Of a DNA stretch of 64,000 bases, positions 34,979 to 45,950 are shown in pieces. The translations under genes were made by a program, and so were the position numbers. Location: positions 1-64,000 of the forward strand of contig NIVC01000037.1 in assembly GCA_002269645.1 (NCBI GenBank), in the 5' to 3' direction. The stretch is from Macrostomum lignano (lineage: Eukaryota). The stretch's first letter is position 1. Each line of letters begins with the position of its first letter. The notes below the pieces were generated by a model that had not been told where the DNA came from, did not search any database, and saw nothing but the letters and a program-made list of their open reading frames with translations.

Positions 34979-37900
34979 TCACTCCCGAAAGCCATACGGG
35001 CGGCTAGCGGCCCCATACACCCTCTTAGTCATTACGCGCTGGAAAGTCTTGTCCATCTCGAGGGTCCGGATTGTACAGCTAGCCTTATCGCGCCTGAACT
35101 GGGCCTGGGGCAGGCGTACAGTCCCGCCGTGACGCAGAATTTCCTGCAGCTCGTCCTCGCGCTCGGAAATCTCGGGCGTGACTCTGATGCCCTTGCACTT
35201 GAGCACCGAGTACAGCGACCCGTCAGGCTTCTCCACCACGTACCGGTAGAGCTTGGGGCCTCCCGTGGTGAACTGTACCATGCGGCAGCCGGCAGGTACC
35301 TCGTCAGTCCACTGCCCCAAACTCGAACCGCCCGGAGGCTCGTACTCGCCCGGGGAGCAGCGGTATACGACCCTGGGAGGAGGAGAAGGATAAAAAAGTG
35401 TTAAGGGGAGAAAGAGAGACAGAGACAGTGAAAAAATTACTTACGAATCGGTATCGGCGTAAATGACGCGGGTTCCTAGACCCTCCAGAGCCTCGTAGAG
35501 TCGCAGCCGGGCGTGGGAGGTGGTGAAAACGCCAATAGGTACATTAGCGTACTTGAACGCCCGCTCGCCAGCACCGCCAAATCGGGGCTTGTACTCGAGC
35601 ATCATAAAGCTCTCCCCAATTGGCTCGCACGACTTGACCTTGATCGAGGGGTCTGTCAGGCGCTGCAGCCACGCCTCGTAGCTGTCCACAATCTCTGTGG
35701 AGGTCAGGTCGTCGCGCTGGCAGAACTTGCCCCAGAGCCTGCAGGGGAAAAATAAATTTTTGTATATCTGGCTACTGTAAGTAGAAAAACATGGTCCCCA
35801 CTGCAAGTAGAAAAACTTACGAGTTTAGAAAAATCTTGGCAACAAAGCGCAGGCCAGGATTTTCTTCCACCTTTTCCAGCCGGACGCCTTCGCGCTCGAA
35901 AAAGCTGGCCATGTAGGCAGCCTTGGCGTCCTCAGCCATCCCCGGCGAACCGCTAGACTCGGCTTTGAGCTTCAAAAAAGTGTTTACATAATCTGCAAAC
36001 AGGCCCGTGCGAGTCTCGGTCCAATAGGCCAGGGCATGAACTGACTGCAGCTTGTAACCCAACTGCAGGGCTTTGTGGAGCTCTGGGGTCGACCACGTGC
36101 CGCGGAGCATTCTCTCAGCGTCAGTGTGTGTACACTCGCTGCTGCACTGGGTCTCCATGCAGACGCGGCAGAGGCCGAAAACCAGCTTCTTGTTAATCTT
36201 GGCGGGCAGTAGCGGGATGTGGAGATTGGTTGGCGGCAGAATCGACACCTCGGCGATGCCAAAATACCGGGCCAGCTGCAGCTCATCCAGTAGATGAGGC
36301 TCGGGGTGGTGTACCGGGTGCCCGACAGGGTACTTGTCAAACTTGTTGACAGTCGGGTAGAGCGACACCTAGGGGATAAGGATAATAGAGAATTAGAGGA
36401 TAAGATAAACTCAAACGCATGTCAACTGTGTGTACAAGTGTACAAACTTACCACATCCCGATAGCGCAGCTCAACAGTCTCGGTGGCCTCGGCGTGCGGG
36501 ACAAAAGCCTCGGTACGGCCGCCAAACAGGGCATCCTCCAGGCGAATAGGCTGCTGGACTGGCGCTCCCTCGTCCTGATAGTCGTGCTCCCACAGAACAC
36601 GCACATTGTATGCAGTGGAGAGCAGCCGGGTGAAGCGCTCAGTCTCCTCATAAATCGCCCGCATTGGCTGGTTCTTGAGCGGGTGCAGCACGTCGCCGTT
36701 GGGGAAGCACTTGGGACAGCCATGGAAGAAGCAGCCATGAAACTGCAGCACTGTCCTGGTCTCTGGGTCGAAGCCGTCGACCTTACGACCCATGGCGAAA
36801 GCCTCACCGCCCGAGTCCGCTGTCCGCAACCGGCCGCCAAACTCGGTTGCATTCAAATGCGCAAGCCAGCACCGCGCCTTGTGCGACTGTACATCGGACC
36901 GGCGGGAAATCACCCCAAGAGTGTTGGGCTCCATAAACTTGGTGGTGAATACTGCCATGGCCAAGCCCGCAATGGTGTTGGATTGAACAAATGCGTCCAG
37001 TCCGCAAATGTCCTTAATCAGGCGGGTGTACTTTAGACAGCCTTCCCGCAAAATTAACGTGTCCTGCAGGCAGTAGTCCAGGTACTCCTTATTGAAATTA
37101 AACACCTGTCCCTCCTGCTTGGCCAGCCAGTCGGCGATGGAGTCATGCTGCTTGTTTTTCTTTCCTCCATACATATCAATTGAGCAGTAGGGTCCCACGT
37201 ACCCCCAATTTTGAGGCTGGTTAAACACGTGCGGGAAATCTCCTTTGGTCAGTTGGGTGCCCAAACCAAGCGCCTTTGGGAATTGCGCCAGACCAATAGG
37301 GATGAAATTGAGGCTGTCCTTGAATGTTATCTTGTCGCACTTCATATACATTAGGCGGCTGTTCTGGAAGATCACTTGCGGCTTCTTCTTGGCCAGTCCG
37401 TTGAGTAGGGCGCCGAGCAGGAGGAATGCGTCATACGCAGAGCCATTGTGCGCAATAGCAATTGCCCCCTGCTTGAACACACTAGTCAGCCAGCAGTAAA
37501 AGGCATCGATAGAGTGCGGCCCGACAGATACAAACTCTCGCATCCCACAGGCACAGTCATTGTGCGAGACACAGCTCGTGAAATCGAGTGCCAAATCGCG
37601 TCCCGCAATGCAATTGGCTGAGCTGTGTAGTCCCCCGCACACGCTGCAGCGGGGCCTGGGGAAGAGTTTGGGACACGCCTCGCAGGAGGTGGCAGCCGTA
37701 ACCAAGTGTACCCGGTGCTGCTTGCCAGAGTCCACGTACGTCTCGAAATCATAGTAAACATACGGGGCGCTAGACTCTTTGGCTTTGGCGGGGTGACAAA
37801 GCACTCGTGGGTGGCAGTTTCGTCGTACTGCTTGCAGACTGGGCACTTGGCATAACCACACTGATGCTCAGGGGGCTGGCCTACTTTTAGTTCTTCTAGA

Positions 37901-39994
37901 TAGCCACACGTGCCGCAAACGTGGACCGAATCACAGCGCGATCTGCCGGCCTTATTCTTGCGCTTGTGATTTTCTAGGCACTGAGCATTATAGCAATTTA
38001 GCCCGCAATCATGGCATCTTACATATGCGCGGTTTGCCTTACAGTTGGAGCCCGGAGTCTTGCATGTACTGCAGGCATCAGCGCACTTGTGCTTGGCGGT
38101 TCGCTATCATAGGCCATCTCGCACTTGGGGCAGTAGCGGCGGCCACCGAAAAACGCAGGCAGCTTGGTGACCACATTAAAGTGCTGCTCGACCAGGTGCA
38201 GGTGCAGAATCTCGGTGCCAGGCAGGTTGAAGATGCACCTGTTGGCCTCCTCTGCGCGGTACACGCGTACACCAAAATCGTGCCCTGGATGCAGCCGGTT
38301 CAGGGCACGGATCGCTTCGGGCAGTGCATCCACCCCGAAAGGACCGGCCTGCGAGACGGTTTGAAGAGTCTGTGTGGGGGTAAAATATTTCTTTTAGTAT
38401 TCCCTGATACTATGTAAAATTCTTTTAGTATTCCTTATCGTAAAAATTCTTTTAGTATTCCACGATACTGTGTAAAAATTCTTATCAGAAAAATACTAGA
38501 AACTTACCGTGTAGAGGCCTGCTTCGACTTGTAGCTCAGCCACCAGCTTAGTCTGGGCGGGCGAATTAGCCTTGATTGTACGCCACAGCCGCTCGGTGAT
38601 GGACTTGGCCACGAATTGCAGGTAGGCGCAGGCCACGACCAGAGCGCGCAGCAGGCACCTCTTGTCCGAGTTGGTGATGCGGACATAGTGCCTGGAGAAG
38701 GCGTGCCGCTCCTCTAGATGCTTGTTCTCGAGAGCACATCCACCTCGAGGCACCCAGGCCTTTAGCAACCGGATAGAAAAGTTGCCTGACAATACAGTGG
38801 CATCCGACTGCACAATCTTGTCAATGTGCTTAAACAACAATTCAGCCGTCATGCGGGCTGCACGCACCGGGGGAGTGTGGGCCGCTTTGAGCATGTTGTC
38901 GCTCTCGAATTTCGCGGCCATAAAGTCATCACCAGCCAAATCTTGCTTGAAAACTTCGAGCATGTCAGCAAACACCTCCCGCAAATCTTCGGTGTTGGTA
39001 ATACGCACCACATACTCGACACCCTTTGCCCTAAACTTGGGCAGGTCACGCTGATTATCCAGCCGGGCCGTAAAACCTGCATGGGGGGAATGGGGGAGTG
39101 TGAGTCAGCCCGGGTCTGTGTGGGAAATGGGGGGCGGGATAACTCACCCGGTCCGGTAACAGATTCCGGCTGTGTTGGCGGGACAAACGCGTCTGAAAAA
39201 ACACAAGGAGATAAAAAACCAGAAGAATCTGTCATTTTCCTGGCCCCAGCGTGTTTCCCGCCCTAGCCCCAGCAATTTCTTAACAGAGTTTACTCTGCTG
39301 TCCCCGCAGCAACTCTCTGCAATTTCTTATCTGCACCCCCGCTGCAGCCTGTCGCAGCAGTCTTTGTTTACTCACCCCTGCAACTCTCTGTCGCAGCAAT
39401 TTGCACCCCAGCTGCAGCCTGTCTGGGTAGCGCCCTATCTGCAGCCCCAGTCTGTCCCAGCAACTCTCTGCCCCCACCCGGCTGAACTTGTCTAGCCTGC
39501 CCCAACGATTCTGCAGCAATTTCTTATCTGCCGCAGCACCCTAGCAACTGTCTGTTTTTGCAGCAATTTCTTATCAGCACACCCCTCCCTGTCTAGACAA
39601 CACCCCACCCCAGTCTTTGTTTACTCACCCCTGCAACTCTCTGTCGCAGCAATTTGCACCCCAGCTGCAGCCTGTCTGGACAACACCCCCCTAGCAGCAA
39701 TTTCTTATCAGCACACACCCGGCTGAAACTTGTCTAGCCCTCCCCTGCAACTCTCTGTTACAGACCCTGCCGCAGCACCCCACCCTAGCAACTCCAGTCT
39801 AGACCCCTGCAGCTGTCGCAGCAGTCTTTGTTGTTTACTCTGCGGTCCCACAGACCCTGCAGCTGCTGCTGCTGCTCAGCCCCTACCCCCACCCTAGCAA
39901 CTACAGTCTAGACAGAAATTAATTAAAACTTACCATAAAGACGTTGCCTCTTGTCAGCCAGGAAAGCAGTTGCGGTGGCGCTGCGTTTAGCCAT
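34979..39994 (-). CDS. polB: Protein-primed family B DNA polymerase, spliced: exons 39934-39994, 39148-39192, 38508-39076, 36452-38369, 35821-36368, 35445-35738, 34979-35372 (two 1-nt frameshifts at ~38105 and ~37790)
   Basis: Exonuclease motifs YYDFET, AHNGSAYD and YCLQD. Polymerase motifs DV|VSLYP, KIFLNS|LWGKF and YADTDS| are restored by GT-AG splicing. The N-terminus has ITNSDKRCLLRALVVA and a CxxC-rich region, plus an inserted DGF...FHGCFFHGCPKC segment. The first two exons are less certain. Confidence 0.88.
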
Positions 39995-40065
39995 TTTGCA
40001 AACAGAGAGCGTGAGAGAGCGAGCGGAGAGAAGGATTATCTCTCTACCCTGGCTCTGGGGGTCTG

Positions 40066-40190
40066 TATATATACTAAAAAATCTGCTCAGCTCGCCTGTT
40101 ATTGGATAAATCGCCAAAAACCAACCAAAATCATCAAAAATCACCCCCAAAATCATCACCCACCCCACCCTCCATCCGGGGGTATATAAG
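40066..40190. promoter_or_regulatory. Divergent promoter region of the Polinton-like element, with two TATA boxes
   Basis: TATATATA at 40066-40073 lies ~70 nt before the predicted PolB ATG (39994, minus). TATATAAG at 40183-40190 lies ~45 nt before the ATG at 40236. A third TATATAA at 40806-40812 precedes the ORF at 40886. Confidence 0.55.
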
Positions 40191-40235
40191 GCGCTGCACG
40201 GCTGTCAGAGAGCTCTCTGCTGCTGCTGCTAAATC

Positions 40236-40769
40236 ATGTCTTCTATCTCTCTATACGAAAACTTTGTGGCGCGGAAGCCCACATTTGAAACTGAACACAA
40301 CTTGATTGAAATTCGGCGTCTCTACACCAACGAGGCTGGAGTGTGGAAGGACGGCTTCCCTGCAATCTACTTGGCCGAGCCAGAGTGGAAGAAGCTCGAA
40401 GCTGCGCGCCCTGACCTGGAGGCTGCTGCCCGCCTTCACGTGAACAAGCGGGTCCTGTTGGGCAATTTCAAGGCAGTTGAAGCTTCGCGAGGGAGGATCC
40501 GTTTGCTGCGCAATTGGCTCAATCAGGACCCAAAGTTTAATTGGCGCTACACGATCGAATTCACGCCTGAACTGTGGCGCCGGATGTTTGCCGCCCGTTT
40601 GGACAAGCTCTTCAAGCCGGCACCTGAGGCACCCCCTCCAGCCAAGCGAGTCAAGACAGACACGCCTCCGGTAGCCGGGACTGAGGTGGATGTTCTTCAG
40701 CTCGTGGGTCTCAAACCCTACCAATCTCCACCCTGGGAAAATCTGTTTAACGAGGGTTGGGACTGCTAG
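40236..40769 (+). CDS. Putative PC4/Sub1-like ssDNA-binding protein (possibly two tandem PC4-like repeats), 177 aa
   Basis: IEIRRLY-TNEAGVWKDG-FPAIYLAEPEWKKL resembles the PC4 pattern (VDIREYW...G..KPG.KGISL..EQW..L). A weaker second copy is IRLLRNW...RYTIEFTPELWRRM. Recognised by eye only. Confidence 0.55.
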   Translation: MSSISLYENFVARKPTFETEHNLIEIRRLYTNEAGVWKDGFPAIYLAEPEWKKLEAARPDLEAAARLHVNKRVLLGNFKAVEASRGRIRLLRNWLNQDPKFNWRYTIEFTPELWRRMFAARLDKLFKPAPEAPPPAKRVKTDTPPVAGTEVDVLQLVGLKPYQSPPWENLFNEGWDC

Positions 40770-40885
40770 TTTCCTATTGGTTCGCACCGCCTCACTCGAT
40801 CCGTCTATATAATTAGTGTTTCCCCCCTCTCCAGAGAGTCAAACCCTATCTCAGCTCTAATACTTTACTCTCTGTTGATTCTAGC

Positions 40886-41900
40886 ATGTCCCGCCGAGCT
40901 CTATCCAACCTCTGGGATAATAATCGCCCGACTGAAGAGTTAACCAGCCTCGACGGGGATATCCCTGAACACATAGTTCCCCTAGGCACTGAAAACAACG
41001 GAAGTGATAATTGGGAGGCTGATCAATATCTAGCTTGGGCTATGTCCTATGATAGCGACACCGAGTCTGAAGTTTTTGACCTCCCGCTGCTGGCTATCGG
41101 CGGGGTTGTGAACGGTGCCCCTGCTGCTACTGCCTCCGATTTGACTACCGCCTCAGCCGCCCTCTTTGACGTCTCTGTTGAGGAGCTGACCACAACCGGC
41201 CCTGCCTCTGCTGCGCCCGTCTCTGCTGCTGCCGCCTCTACTACGCCCGTCTCTGCTGCTGCTTCAACTACCTCCCACCGGGCCTCAATATCATCAGCCG
41301 CTACGCTCCTTCTCTTCGACGACGAGGACGAGGATATGTCTGAGGAGATCGCCGTGGTTCGTGAGCGCTTTCCTCGCATTGTGGCCTCATTTTTCCGCGG
41401 GGACATTGACTGGCTGAGGTCTCGGCATCCTGGCGGGCTGCCCTCCCAAGCTACCTTTGTCAGAGCCTTTAATCGGGTTCTTGATACTTTGGTTGCGAGG
41501 GGTGCCGGCCTACGGGAGGTGTTGGAGGCTGAGACTCTGCACCAGGACTGGTTGATGGGGCGCAATTCGTATGCCCCCGACTCTGAGGCGTACCTGGCCG
41601 GTCCGGGAGCGCGGCCAACTGCGTGGGATGAGCCCGTCGCATGGCCCTCCAACTGGGAGGAGCACCTTTCGTTGGTGCGCTATACAGCGTCTCTACGTCT
41701 GTGGCGGCTGGAGGACGATTTAGATTTGGTAAGATATTACATTATATACACAACTCATCTAATCATATACCTTGCATATATTCTATCTACATTGACTGTT
41801 ATAATTTCCACATTGCCAGTCATCCGACTACTGCTTCGAGAGCGTGGAGGAAGAGGCCGCGTACGAGACAGCCCTGAGGGAGCGTATGGAGATTGACTGA
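40886..41900 (+). CDS. Orphan Polinton ORF, acidic and Ala/Ser/Thr-rich, probably spliced (40886-41728, 41820-41900)
   Basis: A long GC-rich ORF after a TATA box. The AT-rich segment ttg|gtaaga...ttgccag|tca (41729-41819) behaves as a phase-0 intron, giving ...EDDLDL|SSDYCF...RMEID*. Confidence 0.65.
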
Positions 41901-42213
41901 TAAGGGTATTTCTCTTTGTACGCGGTTTGGGGAACCCAACACTGTACACTGGGTAGGTTAGAATGGGCGCTAGCTGGGGGCCTCTATGTGTGTATACACG
42001 GGGGTTAAAAGACCAATTCTGATAGCTCGCTCCTAGGGAGGAAATTGGCAGAGGGGCCGGCCCAAAAAACTGAAATGGGCTGGCCCCGGGCTCGAGTCCA
42101 CCCACCTAAAATATGGAGGGTCATTACAACCTAATGACTCGAAATACTTTCAACGCAATTGTACCTATAAGAGGGTTAGGGCGGCGGCGGCGGTGGCGAA
42201 AACGGGCGGCTAA

Positions 42214-43082
42214 AACCTCCCTTTTGGGATTTCCCCGAACCGCTTTTGTTTAAAATTTTTATGCACCTGCGGGTTAGACAATATTTACTCTTTAGTCGGT
42301 GTGACATTATTTACGCGTCTGTTGCACCTGGGCGTTTGCCTATAATCTGATTATACATGCGTGCCTGTATTATACAACTACACCTTATGCATGCCTTGTA
42401 AACCTGCTTTATACATTAATCCGATATGTATCGAAAGTACACTTTGTAAACCTGCTGTGTGTATTTCCACCTATGTAGCGCCTACAGTACCTGCTTTGTC
42501 TATTTCTGCCCATACACCTACATTGTGTGTTTTTGCTGCTCATATGCTCCAATATGCAATATGCGTCATTATTCACCTACCAATATGTTTTATCTACATT
42601 TTTATGTAAATATACTCAATTTCACCTACTATAAGTAGTTTTCACTAGCCTAATATCGTTGACTACATATCGGGAGAGTGGTAGAGTGTACATATCGGGA
42701 GAGTGTACACTCGGGGTGCCTGCGGTTCGGGTGAGTGTACACTCGGGGTGCCTGCGGCATGGGCGTCTGCGGCATGGGCGCCTACGGCTCGGGAGGGTGC
42801 GCCTGCGGCTCGGGAGGGTGTACATATCGGGGTACATGTCGGTAGGGTGAGCATACATATCGGTAGGTGCGCCTGCGGCTGGGGAGGGTCGCCGGTGGCT
42901 CGGGAGGGTCGCCTGCGGCTGGACGGCGCTTGGCGCCACGCGCCTGCGGCGCGCGCGCGCCGAGCGCCGATATCGATACGGGTATCGATCACCTAGTGAT
43001 CGGGGCGCCAGCCAATGAGAGGCGAGGAGGGTTGACACCCACCCCACCTCCAAAATCAACACTTACGGAATCCCTTAGTAGT
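42214..43082 (-). repeat. Right terminal inverted repeat (~870 bp)
   Basis: Reverse complement of 33724-34612. Confidence 0.9.
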
Positions 43083-43600
43083 CTCTCCCATTCTCACCCC
43101 CTCTCACTCTTTCACTCCCCTCTCACTCTCCCATTCTCACCCCCTCTCACTCTTTCACTCCCCTCTCACTCTCCCATTCTCACCCCCTCTCACTTTTTCA
43201 CTCTCCCCTCTCACTCTCCCATTCTCACCCCCTCTCACTCTTTCACTCCCCTCTCACTCTCCCATTCTCACCCCCTCTCACTTTTTCACTCTCCCCTCTC
43301 ACTCTCCCATTCTCACCCCTCTCACTTTTTCACTCTCCCCTCTCACTCTCCCATTCTCACCCCCTCTCACTTTCTCACTCTCCCCTCTCACGTTCCCCTC
43401 TCACTCTCCCCTCTCACTCTCCCCTCTCACTCTCCCCTCTCACTCTCCCTCTCACTCTCCCCTCTCACTCTCCCCTCTCACTCTCCCCTCTCACTTTCCC
43501 TTCTCACTCTCCCCCCTCTCACTCTCTCCCCTCTCCCTCCCCCTCTCACTCTCTCCCCTCTCACTTTCTTTCCTCTTACACTCCCCCTCTCACTCCGCCT
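43083..43600. repeat. CT-rich low-complexity repeat, right flank of the Polinton-like element
   Basis: Continuation of the 33430-33723 array. Confidence 0.85.
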
Positions 43601-44099
43601 CGCTCACCTCTCATCCAAAGCAATATGTGGTGGAAGCTTGGCAGCCTTTTATTCTTTGCACAGTTTTGTCACAAGATCTGAACTCCGCCAACGCCTATCA
43701 ATACTGAACAGCTGAAGAAGCGTGAGTACAGGATTAGCCGTTTCTGCTGAAAGTTGATCCATGTCCAAGCAAGCAAAGATGAGTATGCATTAACTCAGTG
43801 ACAGATCTCAGCGAAAATCATCTATCTAAGCTCGTATCCTCAAAGTCACGCAAATAATTTTCGAGCTTTAATAATCCTGAATGAAGCGATCAAATGAGTG
43901 GATACTGCAGGAAACTGGAAACCGATGGAAATAGCTGTCAATTTTTTTTACCTTTCACTTTACACTTGGCGCTGGGTGTGGCCTGCTGTGCGCATCAATC
44001 ATCGCTGCTGAGACTGGGGAAATGAGGCGAGCCACTCCCACACTGAAAGCTGCGAGCATTATCGCTTGAGTTGTCGTGACTGCAGTAGTTTACCGCATA

Positions 44100-44650
44100 G
44101 GATCAGCATTTGGCCATAGACAATAGGATCAGCATGGGCCATAGACAATAGAATAACCTTTGGCCATAGACACTAGGATAAGCATTGGCCAGACACTAGG
44201 ATCAGCATGGGCCAGACACTAGGATCAGCATGGGCCATAGACAATAGAATAACCTTTGGCCATAGACACTAGGATCAGCGTTGGACATAAAAAGGATGAA
44301 AAACTTGGTCATAGATATGAGCACTGGGTCACAGACACAATGATGTGCACTCGGTCATAGACAATAGGGTGAGCACTGAGTTATAGACAATAGGATGAGC
44401 ACTCGGTTATAGACAATATGATGAGCACTCGGTCATAGACAATATGATGAGCACTCGGTCATAGACAATATAGGATGAGCACTCGATCATAGTCAATATA
44501 GGATGAGCACTCGGTCATAGACAATAGGATGAGCACTCGATCATAGACAATATAGGATGAGCATTCGGTCATAGACAATAGGATGATCACTCGGTAACAG
44601 ACAAAGGATGAGCACTGAGTCATCGACAATAGGATGATCACTCGGTCACA
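44100..44650. repeat. Degenerate ~26-28-bp tandem repeat (CATAGACAATAGGATGAGCACTCGGT-like)
   Basis: Tandem units. Confidence 0.8.
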
Positions 44651-45534
44651 GACACCCCTACTCAACGCAGTCTTCATTTACGCTAACGCTAACAGATCCG
44701 ACTATAGGTTCGAATTCATAAAAATTGTATTCCCGGGAATTCCTCCCACGCACATGTTGCTCACAGATGCAAACCGAGCGCGCACCTATTCAGAGGAGGG
44801 GCCCGCAATAATTAATGAGAACGGTCAGTGGGCAGTGGGTTAGGACTAAGATCTTATGCAGGCGTTGAGGCCCAGCTGTAGCCATGGAATGCCCCCAGAG
44901 CAAGAAAGACAGAAATGGCCGGGCGTCTTCTTCAAGTATTTAGTAACTTTGATCCCCCCTCCCGGTATAAAATAGTTTTTATGACCGCTTGTCTCTCTCC
45001 CCAGCCCAGCCGCCTAAAGCGGAGTCGACTTTGTGTCCCATGTTGAGCAGAGCAAGCAAGTTTATTGCCTCATATTCCGGGCATAAGCGGGCGGCTAGTT
45101 GTATAACTTGAGCTCAAAGACCAGTTCAAAGAGGACCCGGCTATAACGCTTGCACCCACCCGCCCATATACCGCAGCTTGTGTTTCCACCTTGGCAACCA
45201 AAATTGCTATTCGAGTTCGACTATAAAGAAGGGTGCGCGAATTGTCAAGTTCCCGCTTGTCCTAACAGGAAACGGGATCTGGGTTATATTGTATTATACA
45301 GGAACGTATGTAAAGGTGCAGCCGAGAGATTTCCGTGAGACGTGAATGCTCACCACCACCTGCGATTGCCTGTGCTGCCTATGCTGCTATAAAACCCATG
45401 CTTCTACTGCTATCTGAAATGCTAGAGTAACGGCATTTGCATAAAATCATTCCATCACCACGGCATGCATTTGCACAAAAAGCTATACCGATTCTGAATT
45501 GGCCCCAAAGCCTAAACTTTACAATACCCTCATT

Positions 45535-45950
45535 CATAAACACCCCAACTTCACAACACACCAACTTCACAACACCCCAACTTCACAACACACCAACTTT
45601 ACAACATCCCAACTTTACAACATCCCAATTTTACAACACTCTAACTTGACAAGTACCCCAAATTCACAACACCCCAACTTCACAACACACCAACTTCACA
45701 ACACCCCAACTTCACAACACCCTAACTTCACAACACCCCAACTTCACAACACCCCAACTTCACAACACCCCAACTTCACAACACCCCAACTTCACAACAC
45801 CCCAACTTCACAACACACCAACTTCACAACACCCCAACTTCACAACACCCTAACTTCACAACACCCCAACTTCACAACGCCCTAACTTCACAACGCCCTA
45901 ACTTCACAACACACCAACTTTACAACATCCCAACTTTACAACACTCTAAC
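45535..45950. repeat. 16-bp minisatellite (ACAACACCCCAACTTC)
   Basis: Tandem units. Confidence 0.9.

Larger units (their letters stand above)
33724..43082. mobile_element. Polinton/Maverick-like element (9359 bp) with long TIRs and a 6-bp TSD CTCTCC
   Basis: Ends are ACTACTAAGG...CCTTAGTAGT, with CTCTCC on both sides (33718-33723, 43083-43088). TIRs are 33724-34612 and 42214-43082. Encodes a protein-primed PolB. Confidence 0.9.

Noticed and set aside
39193-39933. Repeated donor-like GGGGTGAGT motifs and a ~65-bp duplication in PolB intron 1 as alternative mini-exons
   Set aside because: The candidate exon is 47 nt, which would shift the frame, and there is no coding signal. It was treated as intronic repeat.
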